From assembly GCA_010909165.1 (NCBI GenBank), contig MU008167.1, positions 1,240,001 through 1,304,000 of the forward strand: a stretch of DNA of 64,000 bases, given 5' to 3'. The notes under the pieces were generated by a model. That model saw nothing but the letters and a program-made list of their open reading frames with translations. It searched no databases and was not told where the DNA came from. Every line of letters starts with the position of its first letter. Position 1 is the first letter of the stretch. The stretch is from Anthoceros angustus (lineage: Eukaryota; Plantae; Anthocerotophyta). Shown here piece by piece: positions 48,330-61,470 of this stretch. The position numbers and the translations under genes were made by a program.

Positions 48330-51300
48330 AGGGCTGCAACCAGCTGCTTCGCGTCTTGCAGCCGCAGCCATGACAGGATGCTGGAAGGTACATGAAGTGA
48401 GGGGCAAGGTGCATGAGTTCACGGTGGGGCATCCCTGGTTGCTGGCTATGCTCTGCAAGGGCTTGGTCAACAGGCTCTTGTTCGAAGTGGGCGAGTGGAG
48501 GAGGAGGGCCTGATTGTGGCTTACCGTATTAGTTTTGCCTTCTCAAGGCCTGACAACCGCTGGTTCCTTACAGAAGGGCAGGCAGATGCACTCACAGCTT
48601 ATGGGAAAAGGACTGCTAGATGACACACTGGTTGGCAACTGCCTGGTGGCATGTTTACAAAATGAGGTGAATTGGAAGAGGCACGCCGGGATTTTCATAG
48701 CGCCACCAAAGATGTGGAACCTGAAGCTGCTGGAAAGGAGAATCTGCTGAAAAGTCCCAGCAGGAGCCGCCGGCCCCTCCTACTGCAGTGCTCCCGGCTG
48801 GATTCAACACACCCTACAAATGCCTATGACTTTGGACTGCCATGATAGCAAGATATCTATTCCCAACAGGGCGTCTGCAAGTGTAGAGCAGGCAGCTTCA
48901 AGTGCGGATTAGAGAACGAGGTCATGAAGGTTATGTGCTTAGTTGTTGCCATCAGTTTGGTGCACATGTATGCGAAGTCTGGCAGCTTGGAAGAAGTCCG
49001 CAGAGTATTTGACGGACCATGTCAGAAAGATGTCAGGGCAATGCAAGAGGAAGGGGGTACTGCAGTCACTTCCGTGAAATACGTGTTCCTCCTTCAAGCT
49101 TATGCAAGTGTGGGCACTCCAGGTTTGGAGAAGGGAAAGCAGATTCATCACAGGCAGGTTAAAGAGCACCAATTTCGGGGCGAGGCCCTTGTAGCCAACA
49201 GTTTAGGAAACATGTACACAAACTACCACCGCCTAGAAGTTGCTTCTGCCCTCTTTGATGGACATCGTGAATAAATGTGGTGACGTGAAAAAACGATGAT
49301 AGCGGGCTATTCCCTGTATGGCATGGGACAGGAGGCCCTTCGGTGTTTACAGGCCCTCATGTGCAGGCAAAACTAGGCTACAGCCACGTCTTGCTTTCTT
49401 GCGCAGTTTCCTTTTTTTCATGCATCACCTCTCTCTGCTGCCTTGGAGGGCACACTCCCCAAATGCTGCATAACCAGGCAAATGTAGTCGAATCTGAGGT
49501 TCCAGAAGTATGAGATGTGTAATTCTGCAGGGGAGCTTCTCAGGATGAAAATGGCCGGTTTTATATGCGCCAGCCAACCTCTAGGGTGCACGACCACCAG
49601 TTGGTACAGGAACGTGCATGCTGGTACAAAAGTATCCTGCTCAATTGTCTCACAGCAGATGAGAGCTTCCCTCGCCTCTCCCTTGTAGCAAGCGACATAG
49701 ACTCTCAAAATTTTCACGATGCTTGCTTCTCCTTGTAAGATGACTGTAAAATGCTGCCATAACAGGATGTGGTTGTGACGGGCACGTTTCTGACTTTATA
49801 TGAGACATTATCCCTCATTGGGGAACTCAGTAGCGTGCACACAATCCGCTATCATATATGCCGTTCTTTGTGTGTAATTGGTAGAGAGGGAGTTTTGGTG
49901 CACCTTTGTGACTAGCTTTCCACTCAAACCAGCTTGCAAATTTTGGAATGGGGCCAACTCGCAAATGTAGCCCCTACACCACCAGATCTAAGTAGCATTG
50001 AAGTTGCGGGTGTCCCAACGCATATACCCTGATCGCCTTGTTAATTTGCGTCAGACGCGAGTTGCGCGCGTCTTCCGGGCGTGGGCTTGTGTTCTTCCAG
50101 AGTTTCTGCTCATGTTAAACATGGACTTGCAAGACAGATACACAGCTCAAAGTGTAAAGGCAGGTGTCCGTGTGTTTACGAAGGTGCATGCTGGTACAAA
50201 TGTATCGTGCTTAATTATGTCACAGCAGATGAGAGCTTCCCTCGCCTCTTCCTTGTAGCAAGCAACATAGACTCTCAAAATTTTCACGATGATTGCTTCT
50301 CCTTGTAAGATGACTGTAAAATATGTGTCCCTCAGGAAACCTGAAAGATTCACTCCTTGCAAGCTTTGTGGGAAATCTAAGTGCAGTAGTTGAGCTACCA
50401 GTTCAGACACATCCATCGCGTCCGGCAACCAGCTGCCATAACAGGATGTGGTTGTGACGGGAACGTTTCTGACTGTGAGACCATTAAGCAGGATACATTT
50501 GTACCAGCATGCACCTTCCTGTACCAACTAGTGGTAGTGCACCCTAGAGGTTGGCTGGCGCATATAAAACCGGCCATTTTCATCCTGAGAAGCTTATGTG
50601 GCAAATTATCCCACATTGGGGAATTCAGTAGCATGCACACAATCCGCTATCATATAACCCGTTCTCTGGAGCTGGCCGGTAGAGGGGAAGTTTTGGCTGA
50701 TCTACGAGACAAGCTTTCCACTCAAACCATTTTTGTAAATTTTGGATCGGGGCCAACTTGCAAAAGTCGGCCCTACACCATCAGATCTAAGCAGCATTGA
50801 AAGTGCGGATGTTTCCATGCATTCTACCCTGATCGCCTTGTTGATTTGCATCAGACGCGAGTTGCGTCTGCCGGGCGTTGGCTTGTGATCTCCCAGAGTT
50901 TCTGCTCATGTTAAACATGGACTTGCAAGACAAGCAGGGCTTCCATCTGCGCAGCCGGATACACAGCTCAAAGTATAAAGGCAGATGGCTGTGTGTTTAC
51001 GGCAGCTCTTGTTTGAAATGGGGAAATGGAGCAGGAGGGCCTGCTCGTGGCTCCTTCGGCCTTCTCAAGGCCTGTGCAAGCGCTGGTTCCTCAAAGAAGA
51101 GCAGGCAGATGCACTGACAGATTATAGGAAGAGGACGGCTAGACGGCACACTGGTTGCCACCTGCCCGGTGGAGACGTCTGCAAAATGCGGTGAACTGGA
51201 AGAGGCACGCCGGGATTTTGACAGCTTGCCCACGAAAGCCGTGGACGCCGAAGCTGTAGGCAAGGAGCAAATGCTGTAGAGACCCAAGGAGGAGCTGCCG

Positions 51301-54300
51301 GCCCTTTCTGCTGCGGCGCTCCCGGCTGGATCCAACATACCTTAAAAATGACGGACTACGTCAGAATGATATCCGGGCCATGCAAGAGGAAGGCGAGGAT
51401 TGCACTCACTTCTGTGACGTATGTGCTCTTCCTGCAAGCTTATGCAAGTGTGGGACAGGCTGCGGCCGTGTCTTGCCTTCTTGCGCAGTTGCATCTTTTT
51501 GTATTTTCCTGCTTTGTTATATGTAGCTGCTCTCTCGGCTGCCTGCCTTGGGGGCACACTCCCTAAATGATGCACACAACCAGGAGCATCTGAGCTTCCT
51601 TGTAGCAAGCAACGCAGACCCTCAAAATTTCCACAATGACTGTTTCTCTTGTAAGATAACTATAATGTGCAAATCCTTTGTCCCTCAGGACTCCTAAAAG
51701 ATTCACTCCTTCCAAGCTTTGTGAGAACGCCAGGTACAGTAGTTATGCTACCAGTTCAGACACATCCATCGCGTCTGGCAACCAGCTGCCATGACAGGAT
51801 GTGGTTGTTACGGGAACGTTCCAGACTTCATGCGGTTAAATATCCCACATTGGGGAAGTGAGTAGCATGCTCACACTCCGCTACCATATACCCGATGCTC
51901 TGCTTGAAATATTCCTGGGAGATATAGACATCATCTCTAATGTGTTGGCCTGTGTCTGTTGGATAATTTTGGGACGGGGCCAACTTGCCATAGTCGGCCC
52001 TACACCACAAATTCGAAGCAGCATAAAGAGTGCGGACATTTCCAGGACTCTTGCATGAGGTGTTAGTTGTTTGCTGATGCCGAGTTCCGATCCGTTTGTA
52101 CACGTCCCTTGGCCAGGTTCAACCAGCAAATTTTCGCTTAACTGGAGCGGCCGTTACAGTTGTCGAAGGAGTCCAACCCGTGCATAGCAGACAGGGCACA
52201 ACGGTGAGAAAAAGAAATGACTACGGTACAGGGATCCCATTGCAAGGACCCTTGTGGCTGAGGCCATGTCGAGGTTCCAGTCCTGGACCGTAAAGGGTTG
52301 AGAAGCTCACTCTGGGTCTTCATACTCAGGAACTGTTCTTCCATCCCTCGCACAGTGGTTATAACTTCCAATTGCGACGAGCATGATTGATCGCAGCGAG
52401 GGACGGTTAGGAATCGAAGGCACAAGCATCTGCCTTGAGCTAGCCCTTGCCGTAGGGATTCCGGGATTCGCAGTGGGAGCGCTCGGAGATTGTCGGGTTT
52501 GTGCAATTCAGTAGTGGGAGTATCGGTCAGAGAGGGGTCGTACTTGATGGGCACTGTTGTAAGTTGGGAGTCCGGAAGCAGCGGATCCTGAGTTGGTTGG
52601 CTTTGGGTTGGACTGGATGAGGGTCCCAGCTGCCATGACAGGATGTGACGGGAACGTTTCTGACTTCATGTGGCAAATTATCCCACATTGGGGAACTCAT
52701 TAGCGTGCACACAATCCGCTATCATATAATCCGTTTTCTGTTTGGAATTGGTAGAAGGACAAGTTTTGGCTCAGCTCTCTAACTTGCCTTCTCTTATCAT
52801 TTTTCCAAATTTTGGAATGGGGCCAACTTGCGAAAGTCGGCCCTACACCACCCTCTAAGCAGCATTGAAAGCGCGCACCTCTCACGCAATCTAACCTGAT
52901 CACTAGGTCCATTTGCGTCAGACGGGAGTGGCGCGCATTTGCCAAGCGTTGGCGATTATAGGAAGAGGACGGCTAGATGGCACACTGGTTGCCACCTGCC
53001 CGGTGGAGACGTTTACAAAATGCGGTGAACTGGAAGAGGCACCCGGGATTTTGACAGCTTGCCCACGAAAGCCGTGGAAGCCGAAGCTGCAGGCAAGGAG
53101 CAGATGCTGAAGAGACCTAAGCAGAAGCTGCCGGCCCTTTCTGCTGCATCGCTCCCGGCTGGATCCAACATACCTTGAAAATGACAGACTATTTCAGAAC
53201 GATATCCGGGCCATGCAAGAGGAAGGCGAGGACTACACTCACTTCTGTGACGTATGTGCTCTTCCAGCAAGCTTATGCATGTGTGGGACAGGCTGCAGCC
53301 GTGCCTTGCCTTCTTGCACAGTTGCATTTTCTGTATTTTCCTGCTTAGTTTCATGTAGCTGCTCTCTCGGCTGCCTGCCTTGGGGGCACACTCCCTAAAT
53401 GCTGCACACAACCAGGAGCATCTGAGGTTTCAGAACTATGAGATGTATAATTCTCCTGGGGACCTGCTCAGGAAGTAAATAGCCGGTTTTATATGCACCA
53501 GCCAACCTCTACGGTGCACTACCATATGTGTTCCAGGCATGACAGGATGTGGTTGTTACGGGAACGTTCCAGACTTCATGCGGCAAATTATCCCACATCG
53601 GGGAACTCAGTAGCGTGCACACAATCCGGTATCATATGGCCGGACCGTGCAAGTCTGTTCGTGGGTTAGTGGTCGTGCACAACCTCACGGCTGCAACCCA
53701 CTCTATCTGCAAATTTTGGAATAGGGCTAGCTTTCGTGAGCCCTACATTGTTACATATCTAATTTTGGAAGGGGCCCAACTTGTTCAAGTCGGCCCTACA
53801 CCACCAATGTTAAGCAGGATCGAGAGTGCGCATATTTCCAAGCATCTTGATTACATTGCATGAGACGTTTGTCGTCGCCGATGCCGAGTTCCGATTCGCT
53901 GCGATCTAGAGCAGCCGTTACAATTGTAGGAGGAGTCCAGCCACCTGCATAGCAGATAGGGCAGAACGGTGAGAAAAAAGAACTGACTACGTTGCAGGGA
54001 TCCTATGGCAAGGATCCTTGTGGCTGAGGCCATGTCGAAGTTCCATTCCTGGACCGAAGAGGGTTGAGAAGCTCATTCTGGGCCTTCGAACTCGAGGAAG
54101 GTCAGGTTGCAGGCGTGATAGCCTTGTTTTGCTCTCTCTTGCGCAGTCACATTTAATTAGGTGTCAAACGTACACAGGAGTCCGGTAGCTCGTGCAATTC
54201 CCTTAAGGTCTCTGGTACCAGAGGAGGAAAGGTGTTACATCTCCACCGAGGCAAATTTTTGGACTGCACATTTGCTGGTGCAGGAAATCAGCTGCAAACC

Positions 54301-57300
54301 TCAATATGCCGTCTGAGCAACTTGTGCTGAATCACAACCGAGGGCCTGCTGAGCCTGGTCCTGGTTCTGTTCTAGATTTCCAGCTGAAACCCTCCCAAGT
54401 TTTTGCAGAATTGGAGCCGGAAGAGCTCGGAATCGCAAGAAAGGAGGATGTGTCCGGCACCTTGAGGCTGTATGAAGTATGTGATCAGGCTTTGGTTGCA
54501 TCTTGCAATGTGAAGCTGACCAAAGAAGGAAGTGCTTTCAGGATGCCCTTGCAATCCAACCTGCGTTGGGAGCATCACCGTACCTTCTACAGCGGTCCAT
54601 AGCAACAGAGTGATAATGATACATACCTACAAGGATAATCAGAAGTGGCAACAGCAATGCTGCTTTCTTGCACCACAAACAAAACTTGAGAGACAAGACC
54701 TATGTCTCTACATCTGCCACAGCTCGCACTCTGTAGCATTGAAAGACTCATCTACAGTAATCTCAAACTACTGTCCGAGGCCAAGAAAGTTGTTATCGTG
54801 AATTCATACCGCTGAGTTTCCCATCCTACCCCAACGAGGTAGAAAGCACCACCTCGCCCAGCCTGGCCGTAAAATGAACTTAGAGAACCTAAACAAAGAG
54901 GCCTGTAGAAGGAAGGATTATTTCTGGTAGAAATACGGAGTAATTGCAGTCTGCAGACACGGGGTGTACTGAAACCTGAAAGATTCACTCCTTTCAAGCT
55001 TTGTGAGAAATCTAGGTACAGCAGTTGAGCTACCAGTTCAAACACATCCATCGCGTCTGGCAACAAGCTGCCATGACAGGATGTGGTTGTTACGGGAACG
55101 TTCCAGACTTCATGCGGTTAAATATCCCACATTGGGGAAGTGAGTAGCATGCTCACACTCCGCTACCATATACCCGATGCCTGCTTGAAATATTCCTGGG
55201 AGATATAGACATCATCTCTAATGTGTTGGCCTGTGTCTGTTGGATAATTTTTGGGACGGGGCCAACTTGCCGCAGTCGGCCCTACACCACCAATGTTAAG
55301 CAGGATCGAGAGTGCGCATATTTCCAAGCATCTTGATTACATTGCATGAGACGTTTGTCGTCGCCGATGCCGAGTTCCGATCCGTTTGTACACGTCCCTT
55401 GGCCAGGTTCAACCAGCAAATTTTCGCTTAACTGGAGCGGCCGTTACAATTGTAGGAGGTCCAGCCACCTGCATAGCAGATAGGGCAGAACGGTGAGAAA
55501 AAGAACTGACTACGTTGCAGGGATCCTATGGCAAGGATCCTTGTGGCTGAGGCCATGTCGAAGTTCCATTCCTGGACCGAAGAGGGTTGAGAAGCTCACT
55601 CTGGGTCTTCATACTCAGGAACGTTCTTCCATCCCTCGCACAGTGGTTATAATCTTCCAATTGCGACGAGCATGATTGATCGCAGCGAGGGACGGTTAGG
55701 AATCGAAGGCACAAGCATCTTGATTACATTGCATGAGACGTTTGTCGTCGCCGATGCCGAGTTCCGATTCGCTGCGATCTAGAGCAGCCGTTACAATTGT
55801 AGGAGGAGTCCAGCCACCTGCATAGCAGATAGGGCAGAACGGTGAGAAAAAAGAACTGACTACGTTGCAGGGATCCTATGGCAAGGATCCTTGTGGCTGA
55901 GGCCATGTCGAAGTTCCATTCCTGGACCGAAGAGGGTTGAGAAGCTCATTCTGGGCCTTCGAACTCGAGGAAGGTCAGGTTGCAGGCGTGATAGCCTTGT
56001 TTGCTCTCTCTTGCGCAGTCACATTTAATTAGGTGTCAAACGTACACAGGAGTCCGGTAGCTCGTGCAATTCAGCAGTGGGAGTATCGGTCAGAGAGGGT
56101 CGTACTTGATGGGCACTGTTGTAAGTTGGGAGTCCGGTAGCTCGTGCAATTCCCTTAAGGTCTCTGGTACCAGAGGAGGAAAGGTGTTACATCTCCACCG
56201 AGGCAAATTTTTGGACTGCACATTTGCTGGTGCAGGAAATCAGCTGCAAACCTCAATATGCCGTCTGAGCAACTTGTGAATCACAACCGAGGGCCTGCTG
56301 AGCCTGGTCCTGGTTCTGTTCTAGATTTCCAGCTGAAACCCTCCCCAAGTTTTTGCAGAATTGGAGCCGGAAGAGCTCGGAATCGCAAGAAAGGAGGATG
56401 TGTCCGGCACCTTGAGGCTGTATGAAGTATGTGATCAGGCTTTGGTTGCATCTTGCAATGTGAAGCTGACCAAAGAAGGAAGTGCTTTCAGGATGCCCTT
56501 GCAATCCAACCTGCGTTGGGAGCATCACCGTACCTTCTACAGCGGTCCATAGCAACAGAGTGATAATGATACATACCTACAAGGATAATCAGAAGTGGCA
56601 ACAGCAATGCTGCTTTCTTGCACCACAAACAAAACTTGAGAGACAAGACCTATGTCTCTACATCTGCCACAGCTCGCACTCTGTAGCATTGAAAGACTCA
56701 TCTACAGTAATCTCAAACTACTGTCCGAGGCCAAGAAAGTTGTTATCGTGAATTCATACCGCTGAGTTTCCCATCCTACCCCAACGAGGTAGAAAGCACC
56801 ACCTCGCCCAGCCTGGCCGTAAAATGAACTTAGAGAACCTAAACAAAGAGGCCTGTAGAAGGAAGGATTATTTCTGGTAGAAATACGGAGTAATTGCAGT
56901 CTGCAGACACGGGGTGTACTGAAACCTGAAAGATTCACTCCTTTCAAGCTTTGTGAGAAATCTAGGTACAGCAGTTGAGCTACCAGTTCAAACACATCCA
57001 TCGCGTCTGGCAACAAGCTGCCATGACAGGATGTGGTTGTTACGGGAACGATCCAGGATCCAGACTTCTTGTGGCAAATTATCCCACATTGGGGGACTCA
57101 GTAGCGCGCACACAATCCGCTATCATATAATCCGTTTTCTGTTTGAATTGGTAGAAGGACAAGTTTTGGCTCAGCTCTCTAACTTGCCTTCTCTTATCAT
57201 TTTTCCAAATTTTTGGAATGGGGCCAACTTGAAAGTCGGCCCTACACCACCAATTCTAAGACGCAGCGTTGAGAGTGCGCATGTTTACACTCCTATCCTG

Positions 57301-57810
57301 ACCACCATGGTGATTAGCATCAGACGGGAGTGGCGCGCATTGCCAAGCGTTGGCGATTATAGGAAGAGGACGGCCAGATGGCACTGGTTGCCACCTGCCC
57401 GGTGGAGACGTTTACAAAATGCGGTGAACTGGAAGAGGCACCCGGGATTTTGACAGCTTGCCCACGAAAGCCGTGGAAGCCGAAGCTGCAGGCAAGGAGC
57501 AGGTGCTGAAGGTACCCAAGCAGGACCCGCAGGCCTTCTCTGCTGCATCGCTCCCGGCTGGATCCAACATACCTTGAAAATGACAGACTATTTCCAGAAC
57601 GATATCCGGGCCATGCAAGAGGAAGGCGAGGACTGCACCCACTTCTGTGACGTATGTGCCTTCCAGCAAGCTTATGCATGTGTGGGACAGGCTGCAGCCG
57701 TGCCTTGCCTTCTTGCACAGTTGCATTTTCTGTATTTTCCTGCTTTGTTTCATGTAGCTGCCTCTCGGCTGCCTGCCTTGGGGCACACTCCTAAATGCTG
57801 CACACAACCA
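48330..57810 (+). pseudogene. Large mosaic of degenerate PPR pseudogene copies and captured fragments
   Basis: 48400-52620 is a diverged colinear copy of ~31420-36640, with further sub-block duplications (53870-54090 ~ 55730-55980; 51790-52150 ~ 55060-55450). Motifs LVHMYAKSGSLEE, CKMR*TGRG, FTKCGELEEA; E-domain-like GCWKVHEVRGKVHEFTVGHP at ~48375-48435. Confidence 0.85.
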
Positions 57811-59910
57811 GGCAAATGTAGTAGCATTGCCATCGTCGTATGATGCTTTCAAATTTTCATTAATAGTGGAAATCTTCCTTTGTTAATTGAAGCATTGCAA
57901 GAAAAGTTGCTTAATGAGGAGTTAAAGGCAGCAGAACGTGAGGGTTGCTGTTGGTATTGATGATAATTCTGTAATAGGCTATCAAAACAAACGTCAACGT
58001 GTTGCTCGAAACAGTAATTGGCGTATCTTGCTAGGGAATGAGAATTTCTCATATCCACCTCGTTTTCATTACAATCATCTCCGGTGTCCGATGGGTTCGG
58101 AATTTGGGTCTCGTCCTTCTCTTAGTTGTTTTAATTGTCATCAACCTGGGCATATTGCTCAGTTTTGTCAATTTCTAAAGTTCCTAATTTTCCGCCAAGG
58201 TTATTGATGAGTAATGTTCCTCCGTTATTTTGTTTGTCTACATAACTCTCTATGCTTGTCTTGTTGAGTGCTGCTGGTGGTGTAGATGATGTATGGCATA
58301 TTGATTAGTGCGGCTCAATATAACACTAATAAGCAAGATTGGTTTTCGAATTTCAAATCAACGGATATATATTCGTGATAATTCCTCCTATCTCATTGAG
58401 GGGTGGGAGATAGTGGTGTTGTGAAGTATGATGGTTCTACTGCATATTTGCGTCATATTAGTATATTCGTGTCTCTAGAAATATATTCGATGATTTCACG
58501 ATATATTTTCTCGATGGGTTCAAAATGAATTTTCATCGATCGATTTTTCTTACATGACCGATCTCGGTGTTTGAACTTTTAAACAATATTATGAGCGTCT
58601 CATTGGTCGATGCTTAAAATCTTGCGTACAAAATAATGGTGGTGAAGATACTTCAACAAATTTTCAAACTTAATTATCTTCTTTGGTATTCAACATCATA
58701 CTACTATTCCTTACTTACCGTAATAGAATGGTCGTGTAGAAATACAAAATAAAATTCTTGCTGGTGCTGTTGTTGTATGTTATTTGGTATGAGTTTGGCT
58801 CCAATTTTTGGGTTAGGCAGTTCGAGCATACATTATGAATAGGGTTGTTTATGATATTCTTATGGATTAAACTCTAGAGGCATTGTGGACTGGTGTTGTT
58901 CCTTCTTCAACAAATCTACATGTGTTTGATGTGACAAGAGAGCAACTCCTAAGAGGATGTTGTCTTACCGTCATATTACAAATGCTTTAAATTTACTAGC
59001 ACCAACAAATTGATAGAATATGTAAGGACCATAACAAGAGCTTTATACATATATAACAACATACAAGATACACAGAGTGCACAAAATTAGATGTGCAAAA
59101 TACTATTGTCTTACGGACCCTTATAAAGGTGGAGGACCTTCATGAGCTCGATGGTCTACCTTTGGACAAAGGCGGTTGGCCTCCCCTTTCCAAAGGTCAT
59201 GGCAAATTTTTGGACTGCACATTTGTGGTGCAGGAAATCAGCTGCAAACCTCAATATGCCGTCTGAGCAACTTGAATCACAACCGAGGGCCTGCTGAGCC
59301 TGGTCCTGGTTCTGTTCTAGATTTCCAGCTGAAACCCTCCCAAGTTTTTGCAGAATTGGAGCCGGAAGAGCTCGGAATCGCAAGAAGGAGGATGTGTCCG
59401 GCACCTTGAGGCTGTATGAAGTATGTGATCAGGCTTTTGGTTGCATCTTGCAATGTGAAGCTGACCAAAGAAGGAAGTGCTTTCAGGATGCCCTTGCAAT
59501 CCAACCTGCGTTGGGAGCATCACCGTACCTTCTACAGCGGTCCATAGCAACAGAGTGATAATGATACATACCTACAAGGATAATCAGAAGTGGCAACAGC
59601 AATGCTGCTTTCTTGCACCACAAACAAAACTTGAGAGACAAGACCTATGTCTCTACATCTGCCACAGCTCGCACTCTGTAGCATTGAAAGACTCATCTAC
59701 AGTAATCTCAAACTACTGTCCGAGGCCAAGAAAGTTGTTATCGTGAATTCATACCGCTGAGTTTCCCATCCTACCCCAACGAGGTAGAAAGCACACCACC
59801 TCGCCCAGCCTGGCCGTAAAATGAACTTAGAGAACCTAAACAAAGAGGCCTGTAGAAGGAAGGATTATTTCTGGTAGAAATACGGAGTAATTGCAGTCTG
59901 CAGACACGGG
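54190..59910. repeat. Three near-identical copies of a ~0.75-kb non-PPR module (~54190-54960, ~56140-56910, ~59190-59910)
   Basis: Identical ORFs reported at 54532, 56482 and 59477, and matching nucleotide sequence. Confidence 0.9.
57830..58935 (+). mobile_element. Ty1/Copia retrotransposon relic (gag zinc knuckle, protease, integrase fragments)
   Basis: CFNCHQPGHIAQFC (CCHC), DDVWHID (protease-like), NGRVEIQNK (integrase-like), TLEALWTGVVPSSTNLHVFD (compare TPYELWTG..P..SHLRVFG). Many stops and deletions. Confidence 0.85.
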
Positions 59911-59939
59911 GTGTACTGAAACCTGAAAGATTCACTCCT

Positions 59940-61470
59940 TCAAGCTTGTGTCTAGAAACAGCAGTTGAGCTACCAGTTCAACACATCCATCGCGTCTGGC
60001 AACAAGCTGCCATGACAGGATGTGGTTGTTACGGGAACGATCCAGGATCCAGACTTCTTGTGGCAAATTATCCCACATTGGGGGACTCAGTAGCGCGCAC
60101 ACAATCCGCCTCCAGACAGCCGGTGCTTTGGATTTTACCCGCAGAGTTGTGGTTTGTCACAGGGCACGGGCCCGGATGTGGCACGGGCCCGGATGTGTTT
60201 CTCTACACCACCAATTCTAAGACGCAGCGTTGAGAGTGCGCATGTTTACACTCCTATCCTGACCACCATGGTGATTAGCATCAGACATGTTTTGCATCAG
60301 ACGGGAGCTGCGCACGTCTGCCGAGCCCCAAGTGCTGCCGCAAACACACGGCCATCTGTCTTCACTCTTTGAGCTGTGTATCCGGCTGTATAGTTGGAAG
60401 TCCCGCTTGTAAGTCCATGTTTAACATGAGCAGATATTCTGGAAGATCACATGAAGCCTCCAGAGTCTCTTGGTTGAAATGGGGAAATGGAGCAGGAGGG
60501 CCTGCTCGTGGCTCCTTTAGCCTTCTCAAGGCCTGTGCAAGCGCAGGTTTCTTTAAGACGGGCTGGCAGACGCACTGACAGATTATGGGAAGAGGACAGC
60601 TAGAAGACACTGGTTGCCACCTGCCTGGTGGACATGTTTACAAAATGTGGAGAACTGGAAGAGGCATGCGGGATTTTGAGAGCTTGCCCACAAAAGACTT
60701 GGAAGCCGAAGCTGCAGGCAAGGAGCAGGTGCTGAAGGTACCCAAGCAGGACCCGCAGGCCTTCTCTGCTGCAGCGCTAGCTCCCGGGTGGATCTGACAT
60801 GTCAGAACGATATCGGGGCCATGCAAGAGGAAGGCGAGGACTGCACCCACTTCTGTGACATGTGTGTTCCTCCTGCAAGCTTATGCAAGTGTGGGACAGG
60901 CTGCAGCCACTTGCTTTCTTGCATCTTTTGTGTATTTTCCTGCTTTGTTTCATGTATCTGCTCTTTCTGCTGCCTACCTTGGAGGGCATACTCCTAAGAG
61001 GATGTTGTCTTCATCATATTACAAATGCTTTAAATTTACTAGCACCAACAAATTGATAGAATATGTAAGGACCATAACAAGAGCTTTATACATATATAAC
61101 AACACAAGATACAGAGTGCACAAAATTAGATGTGCAAAATACTATTGTCTTACGGACCCTTATAAAGGTGGAGGACCTTCATGAGCTCGATGGTCTACCT
61201 TGGACAAAGGCGGTTGGCCTCCCCTTTCGGTCATGGCAAATTTTCATTAATAGTGGAAATTATCCCACATTGGGGACTCAGTAGCGCACACAATCCGCCT
61301 CCAGACAGCCGGTGCTTTGGATTTTACCCGCAGAGTTGTGGTTTGTCACAGGGCACGGGCCCGGATGTGGCACGGGCCCGGATGTGTTTTCTACACCACC
61401 AATTCTAAGACGCAGCGTTGAGAGTGCGCATGTTTACACTCCTATCCTGACCACCATGGTGATTAGCATT
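59940..61470 (+). pseudogene. Further PPR relic blocks plus a duplicated AT-rich spacer (58947-59190 ~ 60991-61228; 60090-60290 ~ 61260-61470)
   Basis: CLVDMFTKCGELEEA-like segments and directly matching nucleotide blocks. Confidence 0.8.

Noticed and set aside
48375-48435. E-domain-like motif as evidence of an intact editing factor
   Set aside because: It is embedded in frameshifted sequence, with no continuous PPR ORF or DYW deaminase motif nearby.
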